IMG/VR virus record: IMGVR_UViG_3300025030_000138
Coordinates: 1 to 53,075 of that record
Reading direction: 5' to 3' (one strand)
DNA length: 53,075 nucleotides
DNA from: a virus
Taxonomy: Duplodnaviria > Caudoviricetes
Shown here: positions 34,263 through 42,983 of the stretch, piece after piece
How positions within the stretch are numbered: the first letter of the stretch is position 1
Layout: each line of letters starts with the position of its first letter
Notes under the pieces: model-generated
The model's database searches: none
What the model was told of the DNA's origin: nothing
Seen by the model: only the letters and a program-made list of their open reading frames with translations
Translations under genes and position numbers: made by a program

Positions 34263-37200
34263 CTACTGCGGGGGCTGCAGGACGCGGAGACAACGGCAGA
34301 GCAACCACCTGCCCTTGCTGCTCTCGCACTGAGGGTTGGGCGACGCTGGGATCTGCCCAGCGTCAGCACCGGCCACGCTGTCTGCGATCGTCCCGTCTGC
34401 CTCGCGGCACGGGCCGCAGGTGCCGGAGTCGAGCAGGGCGCTGTAGAGCACCGGGTACAGCACGCCCTCGCTCTCGGCCTCGCGCATGAACGCCGCGCGC
34501 CCGGCGGAGTTGCCCTCCACCGAGAGCTCCATGGCCGTGCGCTTGATCGCGGGCGCCTCCTCGACCGAGGCCACGAAGTCGGCCCAGATTTTCTCTTCGC
34601 TGATCTCCTCCGGCGAGAGCCCAGCTTCCTCCGCCCACCGCGCGTCCCGGATCGCCAGGGCCCGGGTCATGCGGAGGATCTCGTCTGCGATCGTGTCGCC
34701 CTGCGAGCGGGCGAGGGAGTCGAGGGCCGGATCCTCCGGCTCCTCGATCGGCACCGCGGCGGAGTCGTCGTCATCCTGCGCGAGCGTCAGCGGCTCCGGC
34801 GCCGGGTCCGCGATGTCCTCCCGGATCGCCGCCTGCGACGCCTTGGCCGCGGTCTCCGCGCGCCCGGGCGCCATGTCCAACTCGGCCTTGGCGTGCTCGC
34901 GGCCGAAGGCGTAGAGGGCGGCGGCGTAGCCTGCGGTCGCGTCCGTGAGCGCGGCCCGGACCTCGGGCGGCACGTCGGCAGCGTTGACCGCCTTGAAGTC
35001 GCCCGTGGCTGCAGCCTTCCGGAGCCCGGCGACCCACGCGGTCACGGACGAGCGCTGCGCTTTGAGCGCGGCTGCGACGCCGGCCTGCAAGTCGGCCGGG
35101 GCCGCGTCGAGCTTGGCGCCGATCTCGGCGAAGCGGACCGCGCCCTCCCCGGCGAGGAGCGGGCGTCGGGCGGACCACGGGGCGCGCTCGCTGTGGAGCT
35201 GCGCGGCCGGGGCCCCAGCCAGCGGGAACGCGGTGTTCGCCTCGCCCACGGTGACGACGATCTCCGCGAACCGCAGCGGCTTCCGCTCCGCCCTCACGCC
35301 CACGTCCGGCTGCCCGGGGTCGACGTACGAGAGGGTCATGTGCGGCGTGAACCCGTGGTTGCGCTTCGGCCCGCAGCTCGCCGCGTCGAGGGCCGCGCAC
35401 AGCGACTGCCGCAGGTCAGGCAGCGTCGGCGCGTCGAACGAGAGGTACAGCACGTCCTTGCCGTCGCTGCTCTCGGTCGCGGCGAACCGGCCGGTGCCGG
35501 AAAGCTCGCCCTCGCAAGGCGCCGCGGACTTCGCCCACGCCTCGACGGCGGCGAGCACCTTCGGCCCGAGACCCGGCTCCTTGCCGACGTAGGCCAGCGT
35601 CAGGTGGAGTTCGTCGGCGGGAAGCCCGCCCGCGACAGCCAGCTCCGCGGCCACGTCGGACGGCGGCCAGAACGCCACCATGACGCCGGCGTGCTTGGTC
35701 GGGTCTTCACCCATAAGCAGCGGCTCGCAGGTCCCGCACGAGCAGCCGGTCAGGCTGTGGGTCTGCGGCGGAGCGGCCGGGGCCGGCGCCTCCTCCACCT
35801 TCGGCACGAAGCCTTTGCCCGCGCTCCCGAGCAGCCGGTCCGCGGTGGGCCAGTCCACCTGGAACGCCATCTTCGCGATCTCAACCGCGGCATCCCGCGG
35901 CAGCGTGCCGGCCGCGACCTGAGACACGATCGCCACCAGGGCCGTGACCTGCGCGCCGTTGAGCGCGGACTCCTGCACGTCCGCCACCGGCTCCGCGGCG
36001 GGGGCTGCCCCCGGCACCGCAGCCGCCACCGGCGCCGCCTCAGCCTCCGGCGCCGGCAGCGAGAGCAGCTCGTGCGTGCGCTCCAGCGCCGAGCGGCCCG
36101 AGGTGAGCCCCGCGGTCTTGGCGTCGATCAGCGGCTTGAGGGCAGCGGCCACGTCCTCGCTGCGCAGCTTCGGCGTGGCAATGTAGGGGTAGGCGGCCTG
36201 CGGCCCGAAGTTCCACGTGATCAGCGCCGGGATCAGCTGCGTGTTGATCGGCTCCAGCAGGTCCCCGGCGAGCGCCTCCTCTGCGAGGACCCAGGGATCC
36301 TGCATGGCCGTGGACGCCGACAGGCTCCCGTTCGGGGTCGTTCCCGCGGACTGCCAGCCCTGCAGGAAGGCGTCCCGGATGTCTCGCTTCAGGAAGTCGA
36401 TCGCGTCGGCGATGGCCTTGCCACCGTCGGGGTTGCCCTGCTTCCAGCTGATCTCGACGCCAGTGCGGAAGCGCCCGAACGCGCCCTCATGCGCCCGGAG
36501 GTTGCCGAGCCACTCGTCAATGTCCAGGAGGTCGGCCGGGGTCGTCCCCTTCTCCACGTTCGCAACGGGAACGCCAAGCGCCTCGCGGTCCATCCAGATC
36601 CCGAGGAGTTTCAGCCCGTCCAGGACGAGCTTGATCGGCATGTGGCACGGACGCAGCCAACTCTCGCCCGTGGGGTCGTCGCCGCTGGGCTCGACCGTGT
36701 GCACCAGCAGCGAGTCCACCGGGAGCGGCTCGAAGGTCTGGGCGCCCCCGTAGACCCGCTGGACGATCCCGGTGAGCACGCCGCCCGTGAACAGCCAGCG
36801 GTAGATCGTCCACGGCGGACGCGGCGCCAGCCTTGCCAGCGTGGTCTGCCGCCTGGTCTTGTCGTACCGACACACGACCTCGGAGACAGCGTGGCCGTTG
36901 ACGATCGCGGTCCGGGCGGCCTCGCGGAGGTACCGAGAGAACCCTGGCTTCAAATCCTCGAACAGCGCCTTGCGGATGAACTCCGCGTGCGGGTCGAGGT
37001 TCTCCGTCCCCTTCCGGTCCCGCGCCTTACCGTCGGCCGGGGTCACGTCGGCGCCGGCCAGGGCGAGGACGATCGGCAGCACCGCCCCACGGACAGACTG
37101 CGCGCAGGCGGAGATCGTCTTCGCGCCCTTCTCGTACAGGCCGAGGGTGGTCACGTCTCCGTACGTCCGCGAGTCCACAGCCAACTCGCTGTTGGGCTCG

Positions 37201-37271
37201 CGCCGGTAGAGCCGACCACCGGGAGCGTAGAGGCCGGAGCTGCCCACCGGAGCGAAGGAGGGGACGAGCAT
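34263..37271 (-). CDS. Portal (DUF935/Mu gp29-like) fused to a 2H phosphoesterase and a MuF-like minor head domain
   Basis: Portal GESWLRPC...REALGVP...EPINTQLIPALITWNFG; HLTL and HMTL 2H motifs; YSALLDSGTCGPC..ADG...PNPQC...CRC. Confidence 0.85.
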   Translation of the reverse strand: MLVPSFAPVGSSGLYAPGGRLYRREPNSELAVDSRTYGDVTTLGLYEKGAKTISACAQSVRGAVLPIVLALAGADVTPADGKARDRKGTENLDPHAEFIRKALFEDLKPGFSRYLREAARTAIVNGHAVSEVVCRYDKTRRQTTLARLAPRPPWTIYRWLFTGGVLTGIVQRVYGGAQTFEPLPVDSLLVHTVEPSGDDPTGESWLRPCHMPIKLVLDGLKLLGIWMDREALGVPVANVEKGTTPADLLDIDEWLGNLRAHEGAFGRFRTGVEISWKQGNPDGGKAIADAIDFLKRDIRDAFLQGWQSAGTTPNGSLSASTAMQDPWVLAEEALAGDLLEPINTQLIPALITWNFGPQAAYPYIATPKLRSEDVAAALKPLIDAKTAGLTSGRSALERTHELLSLPAPEAEAAPVAAAVPGAAPAAEPVADVQESALNGAQVTALVAIVSQVAAGTLPRDAAVEIAKMAFQVDWPTADRLLGSAGKGFVPKVEEAPAPAAPPQTHSLTGCSCGTCEPLLMGEDPTKHAGVMVAFWPPSDVAAELAVAGGLPADELHLTLAYVGKEPGLGPKVLAAVEAWAKSAAPCEGELSGTGRFAATESSDGKDVLYLSFDAPTLPDLRQSLCAALDAASCGPKRNHGFTPHMTLSYVDPGQPDVGVRAERKPLRFAEIVVTVGEANTAFPLAGAPAAQLHSERAPWSARRPLLAGEGAVRFAEIGAKLDAAPADLQAGVAAALKAQRSSVTAWVAGLRKAAATGDFKAVNAADVPPEVRAALTDATAGYAAALYAFGREHAKAELDMAPGRAETAAKASQAAIREDIADPAPEPLTLAQDDDDSAAVPIEEPEDPALDSLARSQGDTIADEILRMTRALAIRDARWAEEAGLSPEEISEEKIWADFVASVEEAPAIKRTAMELSVEGNSAGRAAFMREAESEGVLYPVLYSALLDSGTCGPCREADGTIADSVAGADAGQIPASPNPQCESSKGRWLLCRCLRVLQPPQ

Positions 37272-37325
37272 GTGTCGTGCCTCCTTCGCTGCGGGGGTGG
37301 GGATGCTACGGGCTGCGGCTGCGGC

Positions 37326-38540
37326 TTACGCGAAGGTGATCGCGCCGGAGACGATCCGCTTGCCATTCGGCAGCACGAGCACCAGGTACCAGGTGGCGGC
37401 GCCGGCCTCGGTCACCACGAGATCGATGTCACCGTCGGACTCGCTCGTGAGCATCCACGCCTTCGCGCCGGCGATCGGCGTCTCGGTCGAGTCGGTGAAC
37501 GCCGCCGTGGTCACGTCGGAGGCGTTGGTCAGGTCGTCGGTGTTGGCCGTCCAGTCGCCCGCGTTGTTCTCGATGGCGATGTGACCGAGCGAGACGTTGC
37601 CGGCGTCGGCAGCGGGGAGCGCCGCGAGGGCGGTGGGCGCGTCGTCGTACGCCTGCGGGGTGCCGACGACCTTGGTGCTGACGGTCCCGGCGGCGTTGAT
37701 CTGCACGCGGATGCAGCCGAATTTGAGCGCGGTGATGACGTGCGCGGCGGTGAACACGAGCGCGGTCGTCGCCGCCTTGGTGTGCGAGACGCCACCGATC
37801 AGGAAGGCCGAGGTCTGCCCGGTCTTGAACTTCTCCGCCACCGAGTCGATCGCGAGGTTTCCGTCCACGAGTAGCGCGTTGGTGAGCGCCGGGGTCACGG
37901 GGATCGCGAGCCCGTCCGCGCCCACGGCGACGCCACCGCTCGGGGCGGTGGCTGCGATGCTGTCGCCCGTCGAGTCGTCGGAGAGGTAGGCGTAGAGCGA
38001 GGCGCGCTCGGCCATGTCGCCGCCGGCCGCGTTCTTGAGCTGGATTGTGAGCGCGATCGTGGTGCCGGCGTCCGCGCCGACCCCGATCGTGTGGACGCCG
38101 AGGGGGGCGAGGTTGAGCTTGCCGAGCTCGGCGGTGGTGGTGGCGAGGCCCGCGAGCTTCTCCAGCTCGGCCTCGGTCGTGGACAAGCCGGCCAGCTTGT
38201 TGATCTCGGTGGCGGTGGCCTCGATCGCGACCCCGCCCTTCTTGATCTCGGTGAAGTCCATCGAGTTGACGAGCCCGCCCGTGGTCGGGATCACCGCCTT
38301 GTTCGCGGCCACGGTGCCGGGGGTGATCCCGTCGAGGTAGCCGAACTCGGTGACGCTCAGGTCGGCGGTCTCCTCGAACGTCATGTAGCCGGAGCCCTTG
38401 AGGTGGGCGAAGTACGTGCTGGTGTTGTCGACGGCTGCGACGATCGCGGACTCCCCGGGAGCCAGGGCGGTGGCGGTGCCAGGGACGGTGATCGGGCCAC
38501 GGATCCGGCCGGTGTTGGTGCAGCGCATGGTTGCAGACAT
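37326..38540 (-). CDS. Structural fibre/decoration-like protein
   Basis: Ala/Thr-rich; ATATEINKLAG/TTEAELEKLAG/TTAELGKL repeats. Confidence 0.6.
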   Translation of the reverse strand: MSATMRCTNTGRIRGPITVPGTATALAPGESAIVAAVDNTSTYFAHLKGSGYMTFEETADLSVTEFGYLDGITPGTVAANKAVIPTTGGLVNSMDFTEIKKGGVAIEATATEINKLAGLSTTEAELEKLAGLATTTAELGKLNLAPLGVHTIGVGADAGTTIALTIQLKNAAGGDMAERASLYAYLSDDSTGDSIAATAPSGGVAVGADGLAIPVTPALTNALLVDGNLAIDSVAEKFKTGQTSAFLIGGVSHTKAATTALVFTAAHVITALKFGCIRVQINAAGTVSTKVVGTPQAYDDAPTALAALPAADAGNVSLGHIAIENNAGDWTANTDDLTNASDVTTAAFTDSTETPIAGAKAWMLTSESDGDIDLVVTEAGAATWYLVLVLPNGKRIVSGAITFA

Positions 38541-38543
38541 GGG

Positions 38544-39911
38544 TCAGCCCTCTTCCGAGTAGCGAGAGCGGCCCGGAGGCGCCCCGCGGGTTGTCGTTGC
38601 GGAGCCGGAGCCGAGCCCGGCGAGCTTCTCGACGGCGCCGCTCAGGCCGTCCACCTGGTCGTCATGCGCGCCCGCGGGGAAGCCCTCGATCTCGTCCAGG
38701 AACGCCGAGTTCCAAGGGCCTCGCACGATGTCGACGTTGCCGGCTTCGGCAGCGGCGTTCACCGGGTTGGCGCGCGTGCGCTTGTCTCCCGTCGGTCGGT
38801 TGCCGCGACAGGAGAAGCCGCGCAGCACCGCCCGCTGGTAGTGATCCACGGTGTTGACGCCCGCGCTTCCGGGCTCCTGCTCGATCCAGACTTCCACGTC
38901 CGGGCCGTCGATCTCCGCGGTCTGCCGCACCAGCGCCTCGACGGCGCCGGGCTTGCCTCGCATTCGGCGCACGTCACAGACCGTGTAGCGGCCGCGGCTC
39001 TCAGCGACGAGGGCGCCTACGGTCCAGTCGGGGTCGGTGCCGGGAGCGGGCTCGGTCGCGGCGAGGTCCCAGTAGCGAACCCGGTGCGTGCCCGCCGGGG
39101 CGGCGTCGACGGTCTTGAACCACTCGCGGCGGAACAGGTTGCCGGCGGCGCGGACCGTCCAGTCGCCATTCTCCAACTGCGCCCGCGTCACCGGGTCGAG
39201 CTGCCGCAGGCTCTCCCGGTACTCGTCGCGGTCGAGGTGCGGGTTGTCGTCCAGCCGCGCCGGGATGAACGGCCGTCCCTGCTGCGCGCCCTCGATCAAG
39301 AACCGCTGCCGCACCCACTCGTGCCCGAGGCCACCGGGGTTGCTTGAGCCCCGCTGCCGCATGGGGATCTTGGAGCCGGCGAGCCGGCGACCGCGGGAGA
39401 GTAGGTAGCGGTACTGGCTCTCCGTGAACTGCGTCACCTCATCGAAGCCGACGTAGTGGAACTCGCTGCCCTGGTAGCGGTACTTGTCGATCTCGGTTTC
39501 CAGGTAACCGAACGTCAGCGTGGCCCCGCTCGGGAACGTCCACGTCTTGCGCTCGCCGCTCCACCGCGCGGCCGTGCCACCGAGCCACTGGTGCGCCCGG
39601 TCCATGAGCGCGCCCGGCAGGCTCAGGTCTGCGAACGTCCGCCGAAGCAGCAGGGCCGCGTAGCCCGGAACGTCCGCGTGCTGCAGCGCAGCCATGAGCT
39701 GCGCCGAGCTCTTGCCACCGCCAGCGGCCCCGCCGTAGAGAGCCTCACGGGTTTCGAGCAGGAGGAAGGCTGCCTGCGGTGCTGTCGGTTCTTGCGGGAT
39801 CCAGCGGTTCTGCAGCGAGGCCACCCGCTGCCCCAGCGCCGCCTTCCGCTCCGCCGAGAGCGAGGCCACCCGCTCCGTCCATGATCGCGAGGATCGCAGC
39901 AAGGTGTCCAT
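38544..39911 (-). CDS. terL: Terminase large subunit (start uncertain)
   Basis: LYGGAAGGGKS, GFDEVTQF, SSNPGG, YWDLAAT, HDDQVD. Confidence 0.95.
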   Translation of the reverse strand: MDTLLRSSRSWTERVASLSAERKAALGQRVASLQNRWIPQEPTAPQAAFLLLETREALYGGAAGGGKSSAQLMAALQHADVPGYAALLLRRTFADLSLPGALMDRAHQWLGGTAARWSGERKTWTFPSGATLTFGYLETEIDKYRYQGSEFHYVGFDEVTQFTESQYRYLLSRGRRLAGSKIPMRQRGSSNPGGLGHEWVRQRFLIEGAQQGRPFIPARLDDNPHLDRDEYRESLRQLDPVTRAQLENGDWTVRAAGNLFRREWFKTVDAAPAGTHRVRYWDLAATEPAPGTDPDWTVGALVAESRGRYTVCDVRRMRGKPGAVEALVRQTAEIDGPDVEVWIEQEPGSAGVNTVDHYQRAVLRGFSCRGNRPTGDKRTRANPVNAAAEAGNVDIVRGPWNSAFLDEIEGFPAGAHDDQVDGLSGAVEKLAGLGSGSATTTRGAPPGRSRYSEEG

Positions 39912-40242
39912 CCGTCGGCCGCGCCTTCACGGTGACCGCGGTCTCGACTGGCCCGCCGTTCGGGCCGGTGAGCGCGACGGCCTGCGCCGGCTTGCCCAGC
40001 GCGCGGTCGGCGATCATGCGGGCCGCGTCGAGGCGCACCCGCGACTCCTCGGCCGGGTTGAGCATGATCTCCACGGCGACCCGGATCGCCTCCTCGGCGT
40101 TCTCGGCAGCCAGTGCTCGAGCCGCAGCCAGGCGCTCCGCAGCGTCGGGCGTCAGCTTCTTCCGACCCCCGGGGTTGCCGCTCTGCCCGGGCTTGAAACT
40201 GGTCGGCGTTGGCACCCGCGACGGGTTCTTGCGGCGCGGCAT
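39745..40242 (-). CDS. terS: Terminase small subunit (DUF5681-like)
   Basis: FKPGQSGNPGGR motif; DRALGKP.Q; directly upstream of terL. Confidence 0.8.
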   Translation of the reverse strand: MPRRKNPSRVPTPTSFKPGQSGNPGGRKKLTPDAAERLAAARALAAENAEEAIRVAVEIMLNPAEESRVRLDAARMIADRALGKPAQAVALTGPNGGPVETAVTVKARPTDGHLAAILAIMDGAGGLALGGAEGGAGAAGGLAAEPLDPARTDSTAGSLPPARNP

Positions 40243-40494
40243 GGCTCGCCTCGGGTAGTGCCTACTTCACGGTCAGCGCCTCGGGCGCGGATGGTGGCTC
40301 GTACGTGAAGCGGTAGCCGTGGAGGTGGGGCGGCGCCGCTCGCTGGCGGAAAGTGCGGGGCCGTTGGACCCGGCTAGCGGGCGGGCCCCTGCGTCGGGCG
40401 TCCTCGCGCACGAGATGCAACCCTGCGCCTAGGGTGCACCTCGGTTGCTGTCTTGTCTCGCCGAGAGTCGCCGCAGGACGCCGCTGCGTGGGCG

Positions 40495-41369
40495 CTACGG
40501 CTTCGGCGGCGGCTCCGGCTCGTGCTCGCACCCCGCCTGGCGAAAGACAGCCGTCGCGATCTGTCTGCAGAACTCCGCGTCACTGGCGCGCGCCTCCTCG
40601 CCCGGCCGGCTCTCCCCGGACGTGTGCCACGCCAACCCGCACGGCGCGCAGCAGAACCAGAACGTGCGAGGGACCAGCGCCGGGTCGCCGTCCTCGCCCT
40701 CGCAGCAGTCGCCAGACAAGCCGGCGATCCATGCGTTGCGGAGTTCCACCGCGACCCGCTCTCGGGCTTCGGGGTTCAGCCCGTACTGCGTGGCCATCTC
40801 CTCGGCCAGCGCGGCGAAGTCGGTTCGGTTGCTCACGGGATCCTCGCCTTCAGTGTGCAGCCGGGTTTGTGCGGCCCGAACGGTGGGCGCAGCCGCTCGT
40901 ACTCCTCGTCGTAGATCCGCTCGCGCTCATGCCTGCTGGCGATCTCCCGACGCGCGAGCAGCGTCACCAGGAATTCGCCAGCCTGGCGACTCGCCTCGTA
41001 GTCGCCATCGCGGTCCACGAACTTCGGCGCCTCGCACTCGGGGCACGCCTGTCCGTCGGCGTCGTAGCAGACCTCGTACGCCACCCACTCCAGCCGCCGC
41101 AACGCGGCCCGGCAGGCGAGGAGGTCTTCGGCGAGAGCCAGCGCCCCGTCATCGCCCAAGAGCGCGAGAAGGTGCTCGAACTCCTGGTTCTCCCGTCCGC
41201 GTGCATCGGACAGCGCGTCGGACAGCAGCCTCTTCGCCGGCCAACTCAGAGCACCACCCGCCGCCTCTGTCTGCCGAGACACCTCGGCAACACGAGCCGC
41301 CGCCGCCTGCCGCTTCTGCCCGCGCGCCACGATCTCGGCCAGCACCTCATCCGTCAGCAAGTCACCCAC
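40495..41369 (-). other. Two coupled hypothetical ORFs (40833-41369, 40495-40836)
   Basis: GTGA coupling; CxxC motifs. Confidence 0.55.
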
Positions 41370-42012
41370 GCTCCACCCCCTGCGCCGCTAGCGACGCCAC
41401 CACCCGCCGCTCCATCCAGTCCTGCAGCTGCGACGGCAGCGCGAACACCCGCCGCCGCTTGCCCCTCACCACCGGCAAGCCCTCCTCGTCGGCCCACAAC
41501 TGCGCCGTGTCTTCGCTCACCCCGAGCGCGTCTGCGATCACCTTCCACCCGTGCAACGGCTTCTCCACGCGATCCTCCTCGCTGCGTTGGACGACAAGCA
41601 CCGGCGCCGCGTCCACGTGCCCGTGCCGCTCCACGACCCCCACCGTCACCAGCGCCGCGAGCAGCTGCTGCCGCCGCAGTCGCAGCGACGCCTCGGCCAG
41701 CCCCGCCGGCCAGCCGCGCCACGTCCACGGGAGCTCGGCGCGCTCCAGGTGCGGCGGCCCGCCGTCGTCGGGGGCCGGGTCCTTCAGCGCGTCCACGCCC
41801 CGGCGCCACCCCGCGTTGACCACCGTCACCCCGCGCCACTCCAGCGGCAGCGTGCAGATCGCCCGGTCGATCGCGCGCAGGGTGGCGTCCACGTCCACGG
41901 GGCTGGTGCTTCGCCCGGGGATGTGGTCGAGCAGGCTGCCCTTGCTCTTGTCGCGGGAGCCCAGCCACCAGCGGCAGGCGTGGGCCTCGTCGGCGAAGGT
42001 GCGGAGGGTCAT
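41362..42012 (-). CDS. Protein with a C-terminal HTH (candidate late regulator)
   Basis: LHGWKVIADALGVSEDTAQLW....GLPV. Confidence 0.65.
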   Translation of the reverse strand: MTLRTFADEAHACRWWLGSRDKSKGSLLDHIPGRSTSPVDVDATLRAIDRAICTLPLEWRGVTVVNAGWRRGVDALKDPAPDDGGPPHLERAELPWTWRGWPAGLAEASLRLRRQQLLAALVTVGVVERHGHVDAAPVLVVQRSEEDRVEKPLHGWKVIADALGVSEDTAQLWADEEGLPVVRGKRRRVFALPSQLQDWMERRVVASLAAQGVERG

Positions 42013-42754
42013 GGGTGCCTCTTGCGCGCGGCGACCCACTCCGCGTGTGCGGCGTCGCCAACGTCGGTTGGCTCCGCGGCAGGCCGGTGCTCCCCGCACG
42101 CCACGCACGGATGCCACACACGATACCACCGGGACGTGTCGAGCACCCTCCCCGTGTCGCGGCACGTCTGGCACGTCGGCTTCCTGGCCGCGTGCTCCCC
42201 GCAGCCGTCACCCAGAGCCACGCGGGGCCAGCGGCCGAAGTCGTCCCGCGGGTCACCAGCCAGTGGCGGCCCCCGGTGGCACGTCCTCTCGACTCGGTAC
42301 CTGCACGTCTCACACGTCTTCACTTGGCACGCTCCTTGTCTGACCTGCTGTGAGGGGGCTTTACACCACGGGGCCCGCACACCGAGCACACCTGCCACAC
42401 GCGATACGACAGCGACGTGTCGGGCACCCTCCCCATGTCGCCGCACGTCGGGCACTTCGGCTCCGGGGTCGCCTCACGCTCCCGCCTCGGCGGCGACACC
42501 GCGAGCCCGTCACCCACAGCGCACGCCTGCGCCTTCAACTCGGCGCGGCGCCCCGGCGTGACACGTCCCGCGAACGCGGTGGAGTCCATCTCCGCTTCCA
42601 CGGCCCGCATCTTGGCGAAGAACGCATCGCCCTTCGCGGTCCGTGCCTCCCGTCCTGCGTTGGTCTCCAACTCCACCCTGATCGCGTCCCGCAGCGCACC
42701 GGCGGGGAGCACGGCCCAGACCTGCCACAGCAGCGTGCGCAGGCGCGGGCTCAC
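42009..42754 (-). other. Two ORFs (42320-42754, 42009-42323) sharing a duplicated C-terminal Zn-finger
   Basis: CPTCGDMGRVPDTSLSYRVWQVCSVCG versus CQTCRDTGRVLDTSRWYRVWHPCVACG. Confidence 0.7.
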
Positions 42755-42767
42755 GCGACCTCCGCGG

Positions 42768-42983
42768 GGTGGGGTGCTGCTGGGGTGCGACTGGTGTCGA
42801 TCCATGCTGTTTCTCGCCTTGGACCCCGAACTCAGCCGGGGGCCTGCACGCGGGGTTTTTCCCCCACACCCCCTACGCCCCCGGGGTGCGGGGTGCGGTT
42901 GCCGCACCTCCGGGGGCAGAGAGAGGATTTTCCGCGCCGGGGTGCGGCCCGGGGTGCGGTGGGGTGCTACGGGGTGCGATTGG
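42768..42983. repeat. Eight GGGGTGC direct repeats; candidate replication origin
   Basis: Copies at 42771, 42782, 42883, 42890, 42939, 42951, 42961 and 42971, at the primase 3' end. Confidence 0.6.

Noticed and set aside
33717-37874. 1385-aa + strand ORF and the many other long Arg/Pro-rich ORFs
   Set aside because: Antisense or off-frame shadows of real genes in high-GC DNA
40416-40438. Sigma54 late promoter upstream of terS
   Set aside because: GG-to-GC spacing is 9, not 10. Only an imperfect inverted repeat (TGCAACCCT/AGGGTGCA) of unknown role is supported.
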